49,306 nucleotides of DNA, from assembly GCA_022340515.1 (NCBI GenBank), contig JAJDNT010000239.1:1-49306 (forward strand). The letters are read 5' to 3'. A program made the translations under genes and the position numbers. Origin of the DNA: Deltaproteobacteria bacterium. GTDB taxonomy: Bacteria > Desulfobacterota > Syntrophobacteria > BM002. The notes under the pieces are model-generated. The model was not told the DNA's origin. It did no database searches and saw only the letters and a list, made by a program, of their open reading frames with translations. Of this stretch, positions 1 through 9,335 are shown one piece after another (within the stretch, counting starts at the first letter, position 1; the number at the start of each line of letters is the position of its first letter).

Positions 1-1114
1 AAAATTTAATAATCTGTTTTCACCGCTGAAGATCGGGCAACTTAGCTTAAGAAATCGTATAACCATGGCGCCTCTCTACCTTGGCTATGCTGGAGAAGGT
101 GGCACGGTTAGCAAATTACAATTAGATTATTATCGAGAGATGGCAAGTAGCGGTGTGTCTCTGGTTGTGGTTGAGAATGCCACGGTTGATCATCCTGACG
201 GTAGTGGTTCCAACAGAACAATAAGAGCTGATACTGATGATAATTTAGCGGGCCTGAACCAACTGGCAGCCACCATAAAACAGGCAGGTGCTTTGGCTTG
301 TCTGCAGATCAATCATGCCGGACGTTTTGCTGGCTGTGCACAGCCAGTGGCACCCTCTGCGGTGGAGACTTTTGGTCGCCTGCCTAGGGCTTTGAGCAAG
401 AAAGAAATAGGGGAGATAGTGGGCAAATTTGCCGATGCAGCTCTGAGGGTAAAAAATGCCGGGTTCGACATGGTAGAATTGCACGGAGGCACTGGCTATT
501 TACTTGCCCAGTTCGTCTCTCCCCGGACTAACAAAAGAGAGGATGAGTACGGGGGGGCTCTAGAGAATCGTCAAAGGTTTCCTCTGGAAGTATTGTCTGC
601 AGTAAAAGATGCGGTGGGAGAATTTCCCGTAGGCTATAGGTTTCTGGCTGACGAATGGCTCGCTGATGGTCTCAAGCTGGAGGAGTCAACCCAATTCGCC
701 CAGTCGCTGCCCTCAGCAGGTGCCGCCTACATTTCAGTCATGGGGGGTACATATGAATCCTTTTTTTTGCCGGAGATTATAGAAAGATGCAAAAATAAAG
801 GTTACATGGCTGATTTGGCGGCGGCAGTAAAAGAAAAGGTTGCTGTGCCCGTTATTACCGCTGGCAGAGTTGACACCGGAGAGGTGGCGGAGCACATAAT
901 TGCAAGCGGTAAGGCGGATTTAATCGGTCTTGCCCGGGTTTTATGGACAGATCCTAAATGGCCTCAGAAAGTAGAGCAAGGGAGGGAGAATGAGATTCTC
1001 CATTGCGACCCTGAATGTGATACCTGCACCCAATTAGTTACGAAAGGAAAGCCCGCCTTCTGCGTAAGGTGGCCCCATGAAAAAATGCGCGCCTGGAAAG
1101 ACAAGTTCGAATAG
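1..1114 (+). CDS. NADH:flavin oxidoreductase, Old Yellow Enzyme family (5' end truncated by window edge)
   Basis: Frame is open from base 2 (KFNNLFSPLKIGQLSLRNRITMAP), the typical OYE N-terminus, so the start lies upstream of the window. Motifs QINHAGR, GFDMVELHGGTGYLL, NKREDEYGG; C-terminal Cys cluster. Confidence 0.9.
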   Translation, partial: KFNNLFSPLKIGQLSLRNRITMAPLYLGYAGEGGTVSKLQLDYYREMASSGVSLVVVENATVDHPDGSGSNRTIRADTDDNLAGLNQLAATIKQAGALACLQINHAGRFAGCAQPVAPSAVETFGRLPRALSKKEIGEIVGKFADAALRVKNAGFDMVELHGGTGYLLAQFVSPRTNKREDEYGGALENRQRFPLEVLSAVKDAVGEFPVGYRFLADEWLADGLKLEESTQFAQSLPSAGAAYISVMGGTYESFFLPEIIERCKNKGYMADLAAAVKEKVAVPVITAGRVDTGEVAEHIIASGKADLIGLARVLWTDPKWPQKVEQGRENEILHCDPECDTCTQLVTKGKPAFCVRWPHEKMRAWKDKFE

Positions 1115-1281
1115 AGTTGGCAGCTAGGAGATTGCAGCCGGCAGATAAAGGCTGGCCAAAAAAATAGTCGGCAAACTCGATGATTTCTTCGGGAATCTAA
1201 TGGACTGATAAGACATATAAATTACGTGTTTTACCCATTTTTTACCGGGTAAGTTTTGGGTAAAAAGAGAGGTCTCGAATA

Positions 1282-2016
1282 ATGGCTGGTGAGCTTTTAG
1301 GAGGCAGGGTTTGTTTGATCACTGGCTCTAGCCGGGGGATCGGTTTGGGAATTGCCCGGGTCTTTGCAGATAATGGGGCAATTGTCACTCTCCATGGTAG
1401 GGACAAGGCGACACTAAGTCAGTCTTTGGCGAGCTTGCCCGAGTCGTTTAAGCATGACTATATTGCTGCTGACCTGAGCACCCTTGAAGGATCGAAGAAA
1501 CTGGCCGAGAGGCTAATCAGGCTAAATGAAAAGCTGGACGTACTGGTTCATTGTGCAGGGATTCTAGGTCCTAAAACTCCTTTGGCTGCCTACCCTCACA
1601 AAGACTGGGATGAAGTCATCTGGGTCAATCTCACCGTACCATTTATTCTCACCCAGGAAATCTTACCAATGCTGAGAAAAGGTGATCGGCCCTCAATAAT
1701 ATTTATCTCGAGCGGAGTGGGACGCCTGGGCCGTGCTGAATGGGGAGCTTATGCGGTTAGCAAGTTCGGGGTGGAAGGGTTGACTCAAGTGTGGGCCCAA
1801 GAGTTGCGGGGAGAAAACATAAGGGTAAATGCTGTAAATCCGGGTGGAACCCGCACCCAGATGAGGGCTGCTGCCTACCCCGAGGAAGATCCCATGATTC
1901 TGCCCACACCGGAGGATATCGCCCCGGTTTTTGTTTGGCTGGCCAGGGCTGATACTGAAATTAATGGACAAAGTTTGGAAGCTAGGGACTGGATCGGCAG
2001 GGATCCGGCAACCTAG
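1282..2016 (+). CDS. Short-chain dehydrogenase/reductase (YciK-like)
   Basis: TGSSRGIG nucleotide-binding motif, YAVSK catalytic motif, C-terminal NPGGTRTQMRAAAYPEEDP; RBS GAGG upstream. Confidence 0.88.
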   Translation: MAGELLGGRVCLITGSSRGIGLGIARVFADNGAIVTLHGRDKATLSQSLASLPESFKHDYIAADLSTLEGSKKLAERLIRLNEKLDVLVHCAGILGPKTPLAAYPHKDWDEVIWVNLTVPFILTQEILPMLRKGDRPSIIFISSGVGRLGRAEWGAYAVSKFGVEGLTQVWAQELRGENIRVNAVNPGGTRTQMRAAAYPEEDPMILPTPEDIAPVFVWLARADTEINGQSLEARDWIGRDPAT

Positions 2017-2101
2017 GCACTAGGTTCAGGTGGACGATGCGAGGGGGGGGAGCAACGGGGTTACGGAGATTAAATGTCAGACGACAGAGGACAAATTTTT
2101 C

Positions 2102-2271
2102 AAAGTTCTGAATACCCGCCCGCCTCGCCTGAGCGACTCGCGATGGCGGGCAGGTCGAACACCAGAACAAGGAACCGCAGAATGATGAAGTGATCACTTC
2201 GATATTCGAAATTCCTTGTTCGACATTCTGCGGTTCGAAGAATGGCTAGCTCAGATCAATTCAATTTTGAT
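2102..2271. repeat. Palindromic intergenic element, copy 1, carrying a 40-nt hairpin insertion (2115-2154)
   Basis: Aligns with 6876-7005. Built from GAANNNN units mirrored about the central palindrome GAAGTGATCACTTC. Confidence 0.85.
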
Positions 2272-2328
2272 TGTTTTGCTCTTGAATTCTGAATTCTGAC
2301 TCCTGACTTCTATCTCCTGTCTGCTTGA

Positions 2329-2874
2329 TCACTCTTGGATCATATCCGCCAACTGCTCAGGTCTAAAATTCAGCCTTTTGAAAAGCTTTCTTTCAATCCC
2401 TTGGCAAATATTGAAATTCATTCGTACCAGTTGGCTAAGTCTAGAATCATTCTTACCGTAGCGATCTATAATGTCGTGCATCCTTTCGTCCAGGTTGACC
2501 ACTGAGGTATGTAAAACTCTCTTGTCTCCGTAGTAGACAATTTCCTTTTCGGTATACACTCCATCGAGAGAATAGCTCTTCAGCCAGATATGCTCAGCGA
2601 CGATGTCGGCGATTTCATCTAAGTGGTGTTTTAAACATATCTCCCTACCAATAGCGGCGTGATCACCACCTGTTTGGAGACATTGGGTCTTAGCGATGTC
2701 GTGGAGCAAAGCTCCCGCCACTGCCTTATCTACCGAAATCTTTACTCCGGAATGCACCAGGCCGTGGCAGATGGCCCTGACAATCTCAGCTACCACAATA
2801 CTGTGTTCTCGAACGTTGTCCAGCATCCGGTACTGATCCATCAAATCATAACATTCTTTCTCAGTGGGTATCAC
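2329..2874 (-). CDS. HD/HDIG-domain metal-dependent phosphohydrolase
   Basis: EHS...GALLHDIAK...H...H...DK motifs. Probable GTG start at 2874 overlaps the MFS stop (GTGA); the ORF track starts at 2907. Confidence 0.8.
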   Translation of the reverse strand: MIPTEKECYDLMDQYRMLDNVREHSIVVAEIVRAICHGLVHSGVKISVDKAVAGALLHDIAKTQCLQTGGDHAAIGREICLKHHLDEIADIVAEHIWLKSYSLDGVYTEKEIVYYGDKRVLHTSVVNLDERMHDIIDRYGKNDSRLSQLVRMNFNICQGIERKLFKRLNFRPEQLADMIQE

Positions 2875-4388
2875 CGCACAACTTTCCTTCCCGGCATCAT
2901 TGTACACATTATAATGCTGAGAAAAGATACTATCAATGCCGTCCAGAAAACGGCTTGCACCCCCTCACCAATGGATGCGCGGACGGCCGTGAGAGCATTT
3001 TTAGAAAGGGATTCCACAATTTCTGGACGAAGAAATTCCTGCAAATTTTGGGGCAACTGAGCGGCCATATCAGGCGGTATCTCCGAGCGCAGCGGAGAGT
3101 TCAGCAGGTTGCTAATTGATTTGTCTATGTAATGGGATACCAGAGCGCCGGAAAATCCAATTCCTATTGTTCCCCCCAAGGTTCTGGCAAATTGTTGTGA
3201 AGATGTGGCAACGCCCAAGTCTGTCTCTTGCATGCTATTTTGTACCTTTAGTAGAGTCGAAACGGAAACAAATCCCATACCAATACCGATGGGACAAACA
3301 ACTGTACTAAAGTAAAATAGACTTGTGTGGGAGTTGAAGGTCAAAGTCAGAGTAATACTGACAAACATGAGACTTGCTCCCACCAGAGCAGATACTTTCT
3401 CTCCAAGTCGGTTCACAACCAGGCCGCAGAGCAATGCCCCGGCCGACCAACCCAAACTCAGGGGGACCATTACCAGACCCAGCTCCGCGGCGGTTCTTCC
3501 CAATGTGCCCTGAATGAAGAGGGGAAGAAAAGCCAGCAGGGAAAATATTGCGAAGCTGCTGAAAAAGGCAGTTCCATTGGGTAGAGTAAAACCGGGTGTT
3601 CGCAAGAAATGCAGGGGCAGGATCGGCTCGGAGGCCTTTGTTTCAACGTACCAGAAAAGACCGGCCGCAGAGGCAGAGAGCACAACGAGAGCAATCAAGC
3701 CTGGTGAGTACCACAGGTTAGCCTCACCCAAGAGGAGGAAGGCAATCAACAGAGCCAGGATGGAGGTAGTCAGAGCAAAACCGCCTAGGTAGTCAACAGA
3801 GGCGCCGGCCTTTTTCTGGCGCGATTCCTGGAAATATCTCAGGATAAAAAAAACTGCCAAGGCACCGATGGGCAGGTTAAGGTAGAACACCCAGGGCCAA
3901 GTCAGATAAGTGACAATAACCCCCCCCAAAATCGGACCCAGAACGGATGAAACTCCCCAGACGAAGCTGATGAGTCCCATCAGCCGGCCGCGTTCCTCCG
4001 GCGAAGATACTTCAGAAACGACGATATAGGCGAGGGCGAAATTGCCACCTGCCCCGATGCCCTGTAAACCGCGCAAGAACACCAGCTGTGTCATACTATC
4101 CGCCATGCCCGCTAGTAAGGAGCCAATGAGAAAAGTTGCTACCGCAAAAACAAAGAGTTTTTTACTGCTGTAAAGATCAGCTAATTTACCGAACAAAGGC
4201 AGGGCAATGGTGCGAGCCAGCATGTAGGCTGAAAAAACCCAACTATAAAGTTCTAGACCCCCCAGATCGGCAATGATGGTGGGCATTGCTGCCCCAATGA
4301 TGAGAGCATCCAGGGCACCTAAGAAAACCGCCAGCAAGGCGGCGGTAAGAACGAGAACTCTGGAATTTTTTGTCAGGGCAATGGTCAC
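2871..4388 (-). CDS. MFS drug:H+ antiporter, DHA2 (EmrB/QacA-like)
   Basis: About 14 hydrophobic segments; motifs LDALIIGAAMPTI, GKLADLYSSK, RGLQGIGAG, WPWVFYLNLPIG. Confidence 0.9.
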   Translation of the reverse strand: MTIALTKNSRVLVLTAALLAVFLGALDALIIGAAMPTIIADLGGLELYSWVFSAYMLARTIALPLFGKLADLYSSKKLFVFAVATFLIGSLLAGMADSMTQLVFLRGLQGIGAGGNFALAYIVVSEVSSPEERGRLMGLISFVWGVSSVLGPILGGVIVTYLTWPWVFYLNLPIGALAVFFILRYFQESRQKKAGASVDYLGGFALTTSILALLIAFLLLGEANLWYSPGLIALVVLSASAAGLFWYVETKASEPILPLHFLRTPGFTLPNGTAFFSSFAIFSLLAFLPLFIQGTLGRTAAELGLVMVPLSLGWSAGALLCGLVVNRLGEKVSALVGASLMFVSITLTLTFNSHTSLFYFSTVVCPIGIGMGFVSVSTLLKVQNSMQETDLGVATSSQQFARTLGGTIGIGFSGALVSHYIDKSISNLLNSPLRSEIPPDMAAQLPQNLQEFLRPEIVESLSKNALTAVRASIGEGVQAVFWTALIVSFLSIIMCTMMPGRKVVR

Positions 4389-4601
4389 AGCTAGGGCCTA
4401 AATTTTGAAAAGTCTTTGCAAAAAAGGTCGAAGGACCTAATATACCAGTTAACTATGCAATGGTCAGCTATGAGCTGTTGACAAGAGAAAAATGTTAGAG
4501 CCCCAACCAGAGCAAGCCTTTATAATTGGGGCCTGTTGATTTGTTTTTTCTAAGACCTGTAGCTGAACACTGAAAGCTGATAGCTCAGGAGAGACTAGGA
4601 C

Positions 4602-5489
4602 ATGAGAGAATTAGAAGGAATGCACTACGAAGGCACCATTATTCGCCCCCCCAGCGAAGCATTGAGCATTCTTCTCCAGGTGACACTAGGCTGTTCTCAT
4701 AATAAGTGTACCTTTTGTGGGACTTATAAAGATAAGCATTTCACTATTAAGGATGACCAGACCATTATGGCGGATATACGGTTCGCCTCAAAATACATGA
4801 GTAATCAACATCGGCTGTTCCTCATGGATGGAGATGGGCTAATAATTCCACAGAGAAAGCTAGTGTGGATATTAAAGATGATCAAAGAACACCTCCCTTG
4901 GGTAAGAAGGGTTGGCGCCTATGCCAATGCCAAAAGTGTCAAGATGAAAAGTGATGAGGACTTGGTTGAGCTCAAGGAAAAAGGCCTTGGCATTCTATAT
5001 CTGGGCGTTGAAAGTGGCGATAACGAAACACTTAGGAGGGTTTGCAAAGGTAGCACGGCAGAAAATCTGATCAAACAGGGACAGAGGATAAAAGCAGCCG
5101 GGATCAAGCTTTCAGTGACGGTTCTTCTGGGGATCGCCGGTCGCGCGAACTCTCTCAAGCACGCCAGAGCAACGGGAAGACTTCTCAGCGCCATGGATCC
5201 AAATTATATTGGTGCCCTAACCGTAATGATCTTGCCAAACACACCCCTTGATGATGATTATAGGGCAGGTCGATTCGAACTCCCAGACACCCGTGAACTT
5301 CTTGTGGAATTACGAGAAATGTTCAAGCACACTCATTTGAGTGGTGGTCTTTTCATGGCGAACCACGCCTCCAACTATCTGCCAATCAAGGCCAGGTTGC
5401 CTAAGGACCGGGAGAAGACTTTGGCTCTCATTGATGCGGCACTGCGAGGTGAGATTGATCTGAAGCCTGAATGGATGAGGGGATTATGA
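4602..5489 (+). CDS. Radical SAM protein, function unknown
   Basis: CxxxCxxC motif (CSHNKCTFC); YLGVESG; RBS AGGAG upstream. Confidence 0.85.
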   Translation: MRELEGMHYEGTIIRPPSEALSILLQVTLGCSHNKCTFCGTYKDKHFTIKDDQTIMADIRFASKYMSNQHRLFLMDGDGLIIPQRKLVWILKMIKEHLPWVRRVGAYANAKSVKMKSDEDLVELKEKGLGILYLGVESGDNETLRRVCKGSTAENLIKQGQRIKAAGIKLSVTVLLGIAGRANSLKHARATGRLLSAMDPNYIGALTVMILPNTPLDDDYRAGRFELPDTRELLVELREMFKHTHLSGGLFMANHASNYLPIKARLPKDREKTLALIDAALRGEIDLKPEWMRGL

Positions 5490-5496
5490 GTTTCGC

Positions 5497-5559
5497 CGGT
5501 CTAGACGGTTTGACCGGCTTGATCGACTCAACTGGTTTAACTGACTAAACCGACAGAAA
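5497..5559. repeat. Degenerate 9-nt tandem repeat (7 units)
   Basis: cggtctaga cggtttgac cggcttgat cgactcaac tggtttaac tgactaaac cgacagaaa. Confidence 0.6.
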
Positions 5560-5574
5560 TGGGTTACTAATACC

Positions 5575-6756
5575 ATGGAGACTGCTGGCTGGCCCAGAGC
5601 AATCATTCACCTCGATATGGATGCCTTCTATGCTGCCGTTGAGGTTTTGGACGCTCCCGAGCTGCAAGGGAAACCGGTTATCGTTGGCGGTAGCAAAGAG
5701 AGAGGTGTGGTTTCATCTGCCTCCTATGAGGCCCGCAAGTTTGGTGTCCATTCAGCTCAGCCCATTGCCACTGCGGCACGATTGTGTCCCCAAGGGATAT
5801 TCCTGCCGGTGAGAATGTGGAGATACCAGGAGATTTCACAGCAGATTTTTGAAATCTTTCGGCGTTTTAGCCCACTAGTTGAGCCTCTCTCGCTGGATGA
5901 GGCTTTTTTGGATGTGACTGGCTCCACCCGTCTTTTCGGACCCCCGGAGGAGATTGCCAGAAAGATCAAAGAACAGGTGGCCGAGGAGACAGGGCTTACC
6001 GTCTCTGCCGGAGTTGCTCCCAGCAAGTTTGTGGCCAAGATCGCCTCGGACATGGAAAAACCAGATGGGCTTACCATAGTACCGGAAGGGAAGGTGGAAG
6101 AATTTCTAGAATCCCTGCCTATAGAAAAAATGTGGGGAGTGGGGAAGGCAACTCGCAAGATTCTTGCACATCTAGGGGTAAGAACTATTGGAGATTTAGG
6201 TCGACTATCCTCAAAGCTTTTGACGAGGAAGTTGGGAAAACAGGGGCTACATCTTTATCTCCTTGCCAAAGGAGTTGACGAGAGGGAGGTAGAGCCGGCG
6301 CGTGGGGTCAAGTCCATTGGCCATGAGGACACTTACCCCATAGACATCTCCGACTTAGGAGAGGCAAGAAAAAAACTACTTTCTCTCGCCACCAGGGTGG
6401 CAAAAAGACTTCGAGGTTACGGTTTGGCCGGCAAGACTGTAACCCTCAAAGTGAAGTATTATGACTTTGTGCAAGTTACCCGCTCAATTACCTTTGCAGA
6501 GCCAACAGATGACAACAGAAAAATATTTCATGCTTGTTGTGATCTTTTGAATAAGACCGAGGTGGGTAGAAGGCCGGTAAGGCTTCTTGGCATATCTTTG
6601 TCACAGCTCAGTGACTCAAATGAAACAGGGCAGCTTTCTCTTTTTGCAAAGGAAGAACCGGATAAGAGGAGGAGCCTGAACAAGGCCCTTGATACTATCT
6701 CAGAAAAATTCGGTGATAAGGCCATAGTTCCGGGGACTCTTTTGGAGGATAGGTAG
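5575..6756 (+). CDS. dinB: DNA polymerase IV (Y family)
   Basis: HLDMDAFYA, SYEARKFGV, SLDEAFLD, KIASDMEKPDG; C-terminal QLSLF clamp-binding-like motif. Confidence 0.95.
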   Translation: METAGWPRAIIHLDMDAFYAAVEVLDAPELQGKPVIVGGSKERGVVSSASYEARKFGVHSAQPIATAARLCPQGIFLPVRMWRYQEISQQIFEIFRRFSPLVEPLSLDEAFLDVTGSTRLFGPPEEIARKIKEQVAEETGLTVSAGVAPSKFVAKIASDMEKPDGLTIVPEGKVEEFLESLPIEKMWGVGKATRKILAHLGVRTIGDLGRLSSKLLTRKLGKQGLHLYLLAKGVDEREVEPARGVKSIGHEDTYPIDISDLGEARKKLLSLATRVAKRLRGYGLAGKTVTLKVKYYDFVQVTRSITFAEPTDDNRKIFHACCDLLNKTEVGRRPVRLLGISLSQLSDSNETGQLSLFAKEEPDKRRSLNKALDTISEKFGDKAIVPGTLLEDR

Positions 6757-6875
6757 TAGCAGGCAGAAGGTACTAGGCACTATGCGCTAGGCACCAAGGG
6801 GTCAGTGGTCCGTGGCAAAAAGGCAGAAGACGGTATATGGAGGAGGGAGGTCAGGAGACAGACCACAGATGATTT

Positions 6876-7005
6876 AAAGTACTGAATATCGAACCGCAGA
6901 ACAAGGAACCGCAGAATGATGAAGTGATCACTTGGATATTCGAAATTCCTTGTTCGATATTCTGCGGTTCAAAGAGGCGGCAGCCCAGATGAATTCAATT
7001 CTGAT
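6876..7005. repeat. Palindromic intergenic element, copy 2 (no insertion)
   Basis: Collinear with 2102-2271 except for the 40-nt insert in copy 1. Confidence 0.85.
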
Positions 7006-7083
7006 ACTTTCTCCTCAATTCCCGTTTCGACTACTGGCCTCTAGCTCTATGCTCCGTGCCAAGATTCGAGATGAGAAATTAAA

Positions 7084-8106
7084 ATGACTAATCCTATGGA
7101 AGAAGATTTAGTTGAGACCCTAAGGGTAAACGAAGAAATTGCCCAGAAGTTTTTTGAAATTGAGGTCAGTATCTTGTCTATCCTTAATTTCAGGGATCTC
7201 TTTGAGAAGCTGCTTACAGAGATTAGGGAAAAATTCAGTGTACCCTATGTCTGGATATCTATGATAGACAAAAGCGAGGTTTCAGATCTGATCAAAACTC
7301 TAGAGTCGTCCAAAATCCTCAAAGAGCGATTGAACGTCATAAGCAAGAGTAGTTTTCTTGATCTAATCGAGAACGAGACCAAACCAGTACTTATAAGTGG
7401 CGACCTTAGGCCCTATTATCAGCTTCTTCCCCAAGGACAGATGTACTTCATTCGCTCTCTTGCCATTGCTCCCATAACCCTTGATGGTGAAGTCATTGGC
7501 AGCCTGAACCAGGCAGATCTCACCAGGCTGAGGTATCGACCAGGAATGGACACTCGATTGCTGGAGCAGCTCGCGGTCAAGGTCTCCATCTGCCTATCAA
7601 ATGTTACAGCCCATGAGAAATTAAAATGGTTCGCTTGGAGAGATCCCCTTACAGGTCTTGTCAATCGCAGGGTGATGGAGAAGGTGCTCAAGCGCGAATA
7701 TAAAAGGGCTGAGCGATATAAGTCCCCTCTAACCCTGGCGTTTTTGGACTTAGATGATTTCAAGGCTGTGAATGACAACTATGGTCACGACCGAGGTGAC
7801 GAATTACTTCAATATGTGGCAGAAGTTCTTGAGGACCTGACTCGCGATAGCGACTTAGTCTCCAGGTATGCAGGGGATGAATTTGTAATAATTCTCCCGG
7901 GTACAAGCACTAAGGAGTGTCTCCTCCTCATTCAGCGGCTGCAAAGCTATTTTCACAAAAATCCTATGGATGTTGATGGCGAAAAAATAGCACTTTCGGT
8001 AAGTTACGGGATATCTTCAATTGAAGATGTCGGCGTGAATGATCCTAATTCCCTCCTGAGGAAAGCAGATCAGATGCTTTGTAGTGCTAAAGAGCAGAAA
8101 AAGTAG
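7084..8106 (+). CDS. GAF-like (DUF484-type) sensor diguanylate cyclase, AGDEF variant
   Basis: DPLTGLVNRR, DLDDFKAVNDNYGHDRGD, RxxD I-site (RDSD), RYAGDEF. Confidence 0.88.
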   Translation: MTNPMEEDLVETLRVNEEIAQKFFEIEVSILSILNFRDLFEKLLTEIREKFSVPYVWISMIDKSEVSDLIKTLESSKILKERLNVISKSSFLDLIENETKPVLISGDLRPYYQLLPQGQMYFIRSLAIAPITLDGEVIGSLNQADLTRLRYRPGMDTRLLEQLAVKVSICLSNVTAHEKLKWFAWRDPLTGLVNRRVMEKVLKREYKRAERYKSPLTLAFLDLDDFKAVNDNYGHDRGDELLQYVAEVLEDLTRDSDLVSRYAGDEFVIILPGTSTKECLLLIQRLQSYFHKNPMDVDGEKIALSVSYGISSIEDVGVNDPNSLLRKADQMLCSAKEQKK

Positions 8107-8124
8107 GGCAGCCTCAGGGTAATC

Positions 8125-8310
8125 CTAGCCCGGATATTTCATGAATTGCTGTCGCGAGATCACGAAGATGGGCTTGCCACCTGGCAACCGCAGGGTGTTG
8201 GGCCTGAGGCGTACCTGAACGGTACGTCGCAAGGGGCGATACCCGAGGACGCCAGGAAGGAAGGCCATATTCCCGATCGCAGCAAGTTATTTATGAAATA
8301 TGCGGGCTAG
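8125..8310. mobile_element. MITE-like element with ~22-bp terminal inverted repeats and a 6-bp target duplication (GTAATC)
   Basis: Left end CTAGCCCGGATATTTCATGAAT versus reverse complement of right end CTAGCCCGCATATTTCATAAAT (20/22). GTAATC at 8119-8124 and 8311-8316. No coding capacity. Confidence 0.8.
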
Positions 8311-8744
8311 GTAATCTGGTGGACGTCCACAACTCTTATCCGATATTTGAGAGTTCTCCCGGCAAGGGGATGGTTAAAATCGAGGACAAAATAGTCATCC
8401 TGGATGTCACCTACGAAACAGAGACCTTTTTCTCCCTGTGATATTTCCACCTGTAGTAGGGTGCCTTTTTTAAGTTTTTTACCTTTAGGAAATTCTTCCA
8501 GCGGTACGCGCAGGACCCTGGTATCATCAAACTCACCAAAGGCTTCATCGGGCTCAAGCTTGAATTCCCTTTCAGAGCCAGGATTGAGACCGACAATCTC
8601 CTCCTCTATTTTAGGAAAGACTTCACCCGAACCAAAGCGAAAGACCAAGGGGTCCTTCTTATTGGTGCCAAGCACTCTTGTCCCTGACTCCAGAAAGGCT
8701 TCGTATTCGATAGTAACGTACGTTCCGGGACCAACCTGCGGCAT
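8307..8744 (-). CDS. FKBP-type peptidyl-prolyl isomerase (SlyD/SlpA-like, no His-rich tail)
   Basis: PLVFRFGSGEV, PDEAFGE, LDFNHPLAGRTL. Confidence 0.88.
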   Translation of the reverse strand: MPQVGPGTYVTIEYEAFLESGTRVLGTNKKDPLVFRFGSGEVFPKIEEEIVGLNPGSEREFKLEPDEAFGEFDDTRVLRVPLEEFPKGKKLKKGTLLQVEISQGEKGLCFVGDIQDDYFVLDFNHPLAGRTLKYRIRVVDVHQIT

Positions 8745-8922
8745 GGCAAGAACCTTCTCTTCTGTTGGAATCAGTGGTATTAACAGGTCTTAAAAGGTAT
8801 TCTCTGAATTTTCGTGGTTAAATTATAACGAATTTGCCCAAGTATTGGAACCAGTAAAGTCACCAGGAGTTTCCCCATATTTTCCTTTTGAATTTCCCAC
8901 CCATTATGGTGATTATCTGGTT

Positions 8923-9087
8923 GGCCAGAGTAAGCTACTCGGTAAACCAGCATAGTCGCTGCCACTCATAATACCGATTTGAGCCGATTGGTTTGTCCTC
9001 GCGCCGATGCAGAAGGTGGTCTTTCCAGGCAACGGAGGCTTCACACCGGTTGCTCCGATGCTCTTTACCTCGCAGCTTACTCTGTCC
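8923..9087 (-). ncRNA. Candidate structured RNA or small element, family unknown
   Basis: Long closing stem (CAGAGTAAGCT/AGCTTACTCTG, then GGTAAA/TTTACC and AGCAT/ATGCT) enclosing several short hairpins. Mismatches read as G-U and tandem G-A on the minus strand. Confidence 0.4.
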
Positions 9088-9335
9088 TTCCCTGAGACTC
9101 GGAACGAAAGAAGAAGCACCAGAAAACTATTCGCACTTGCAAATCATCCGCAACTCTGCAATGGACTGCGTCCACAGTCAAGGGACAAACATTTTTTGGG
9201 TAAACTCCTCGTAAAGTTCTCCTTTGGCTGTGGTTGACTCAATGACTCGTAAAGGGGATAATGCGCAAAATTCGGCACAGCCAAGGGCTAAACCTAATAA
9301 ATAGACTTCTCTCCTTCTCCCGATGGAGGTGGTTT

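Noticed and set aside
5561-5574. LexA box upstream of dinB (GGTTACTAATACC)
   Set aside because: Spacing does not fit a LexA consensus I can support.
8960-9060. Cobalamin or Moco riboswitch (fragments GCCACT, CCGGTGTGAAGCC, GCCTCCG..TGGAAAG)
   Set aside because: The fragments lie on different strands or lack the rest of the consensus (no GGGAA...B12 box in order).
8780-9237. Short ORFs in the FKBP-mltC intergenic region
   Set aside because: Four overlapping 61-76 aa frames on both strands with no motifs. The region is better explained by a structured element and promoters.
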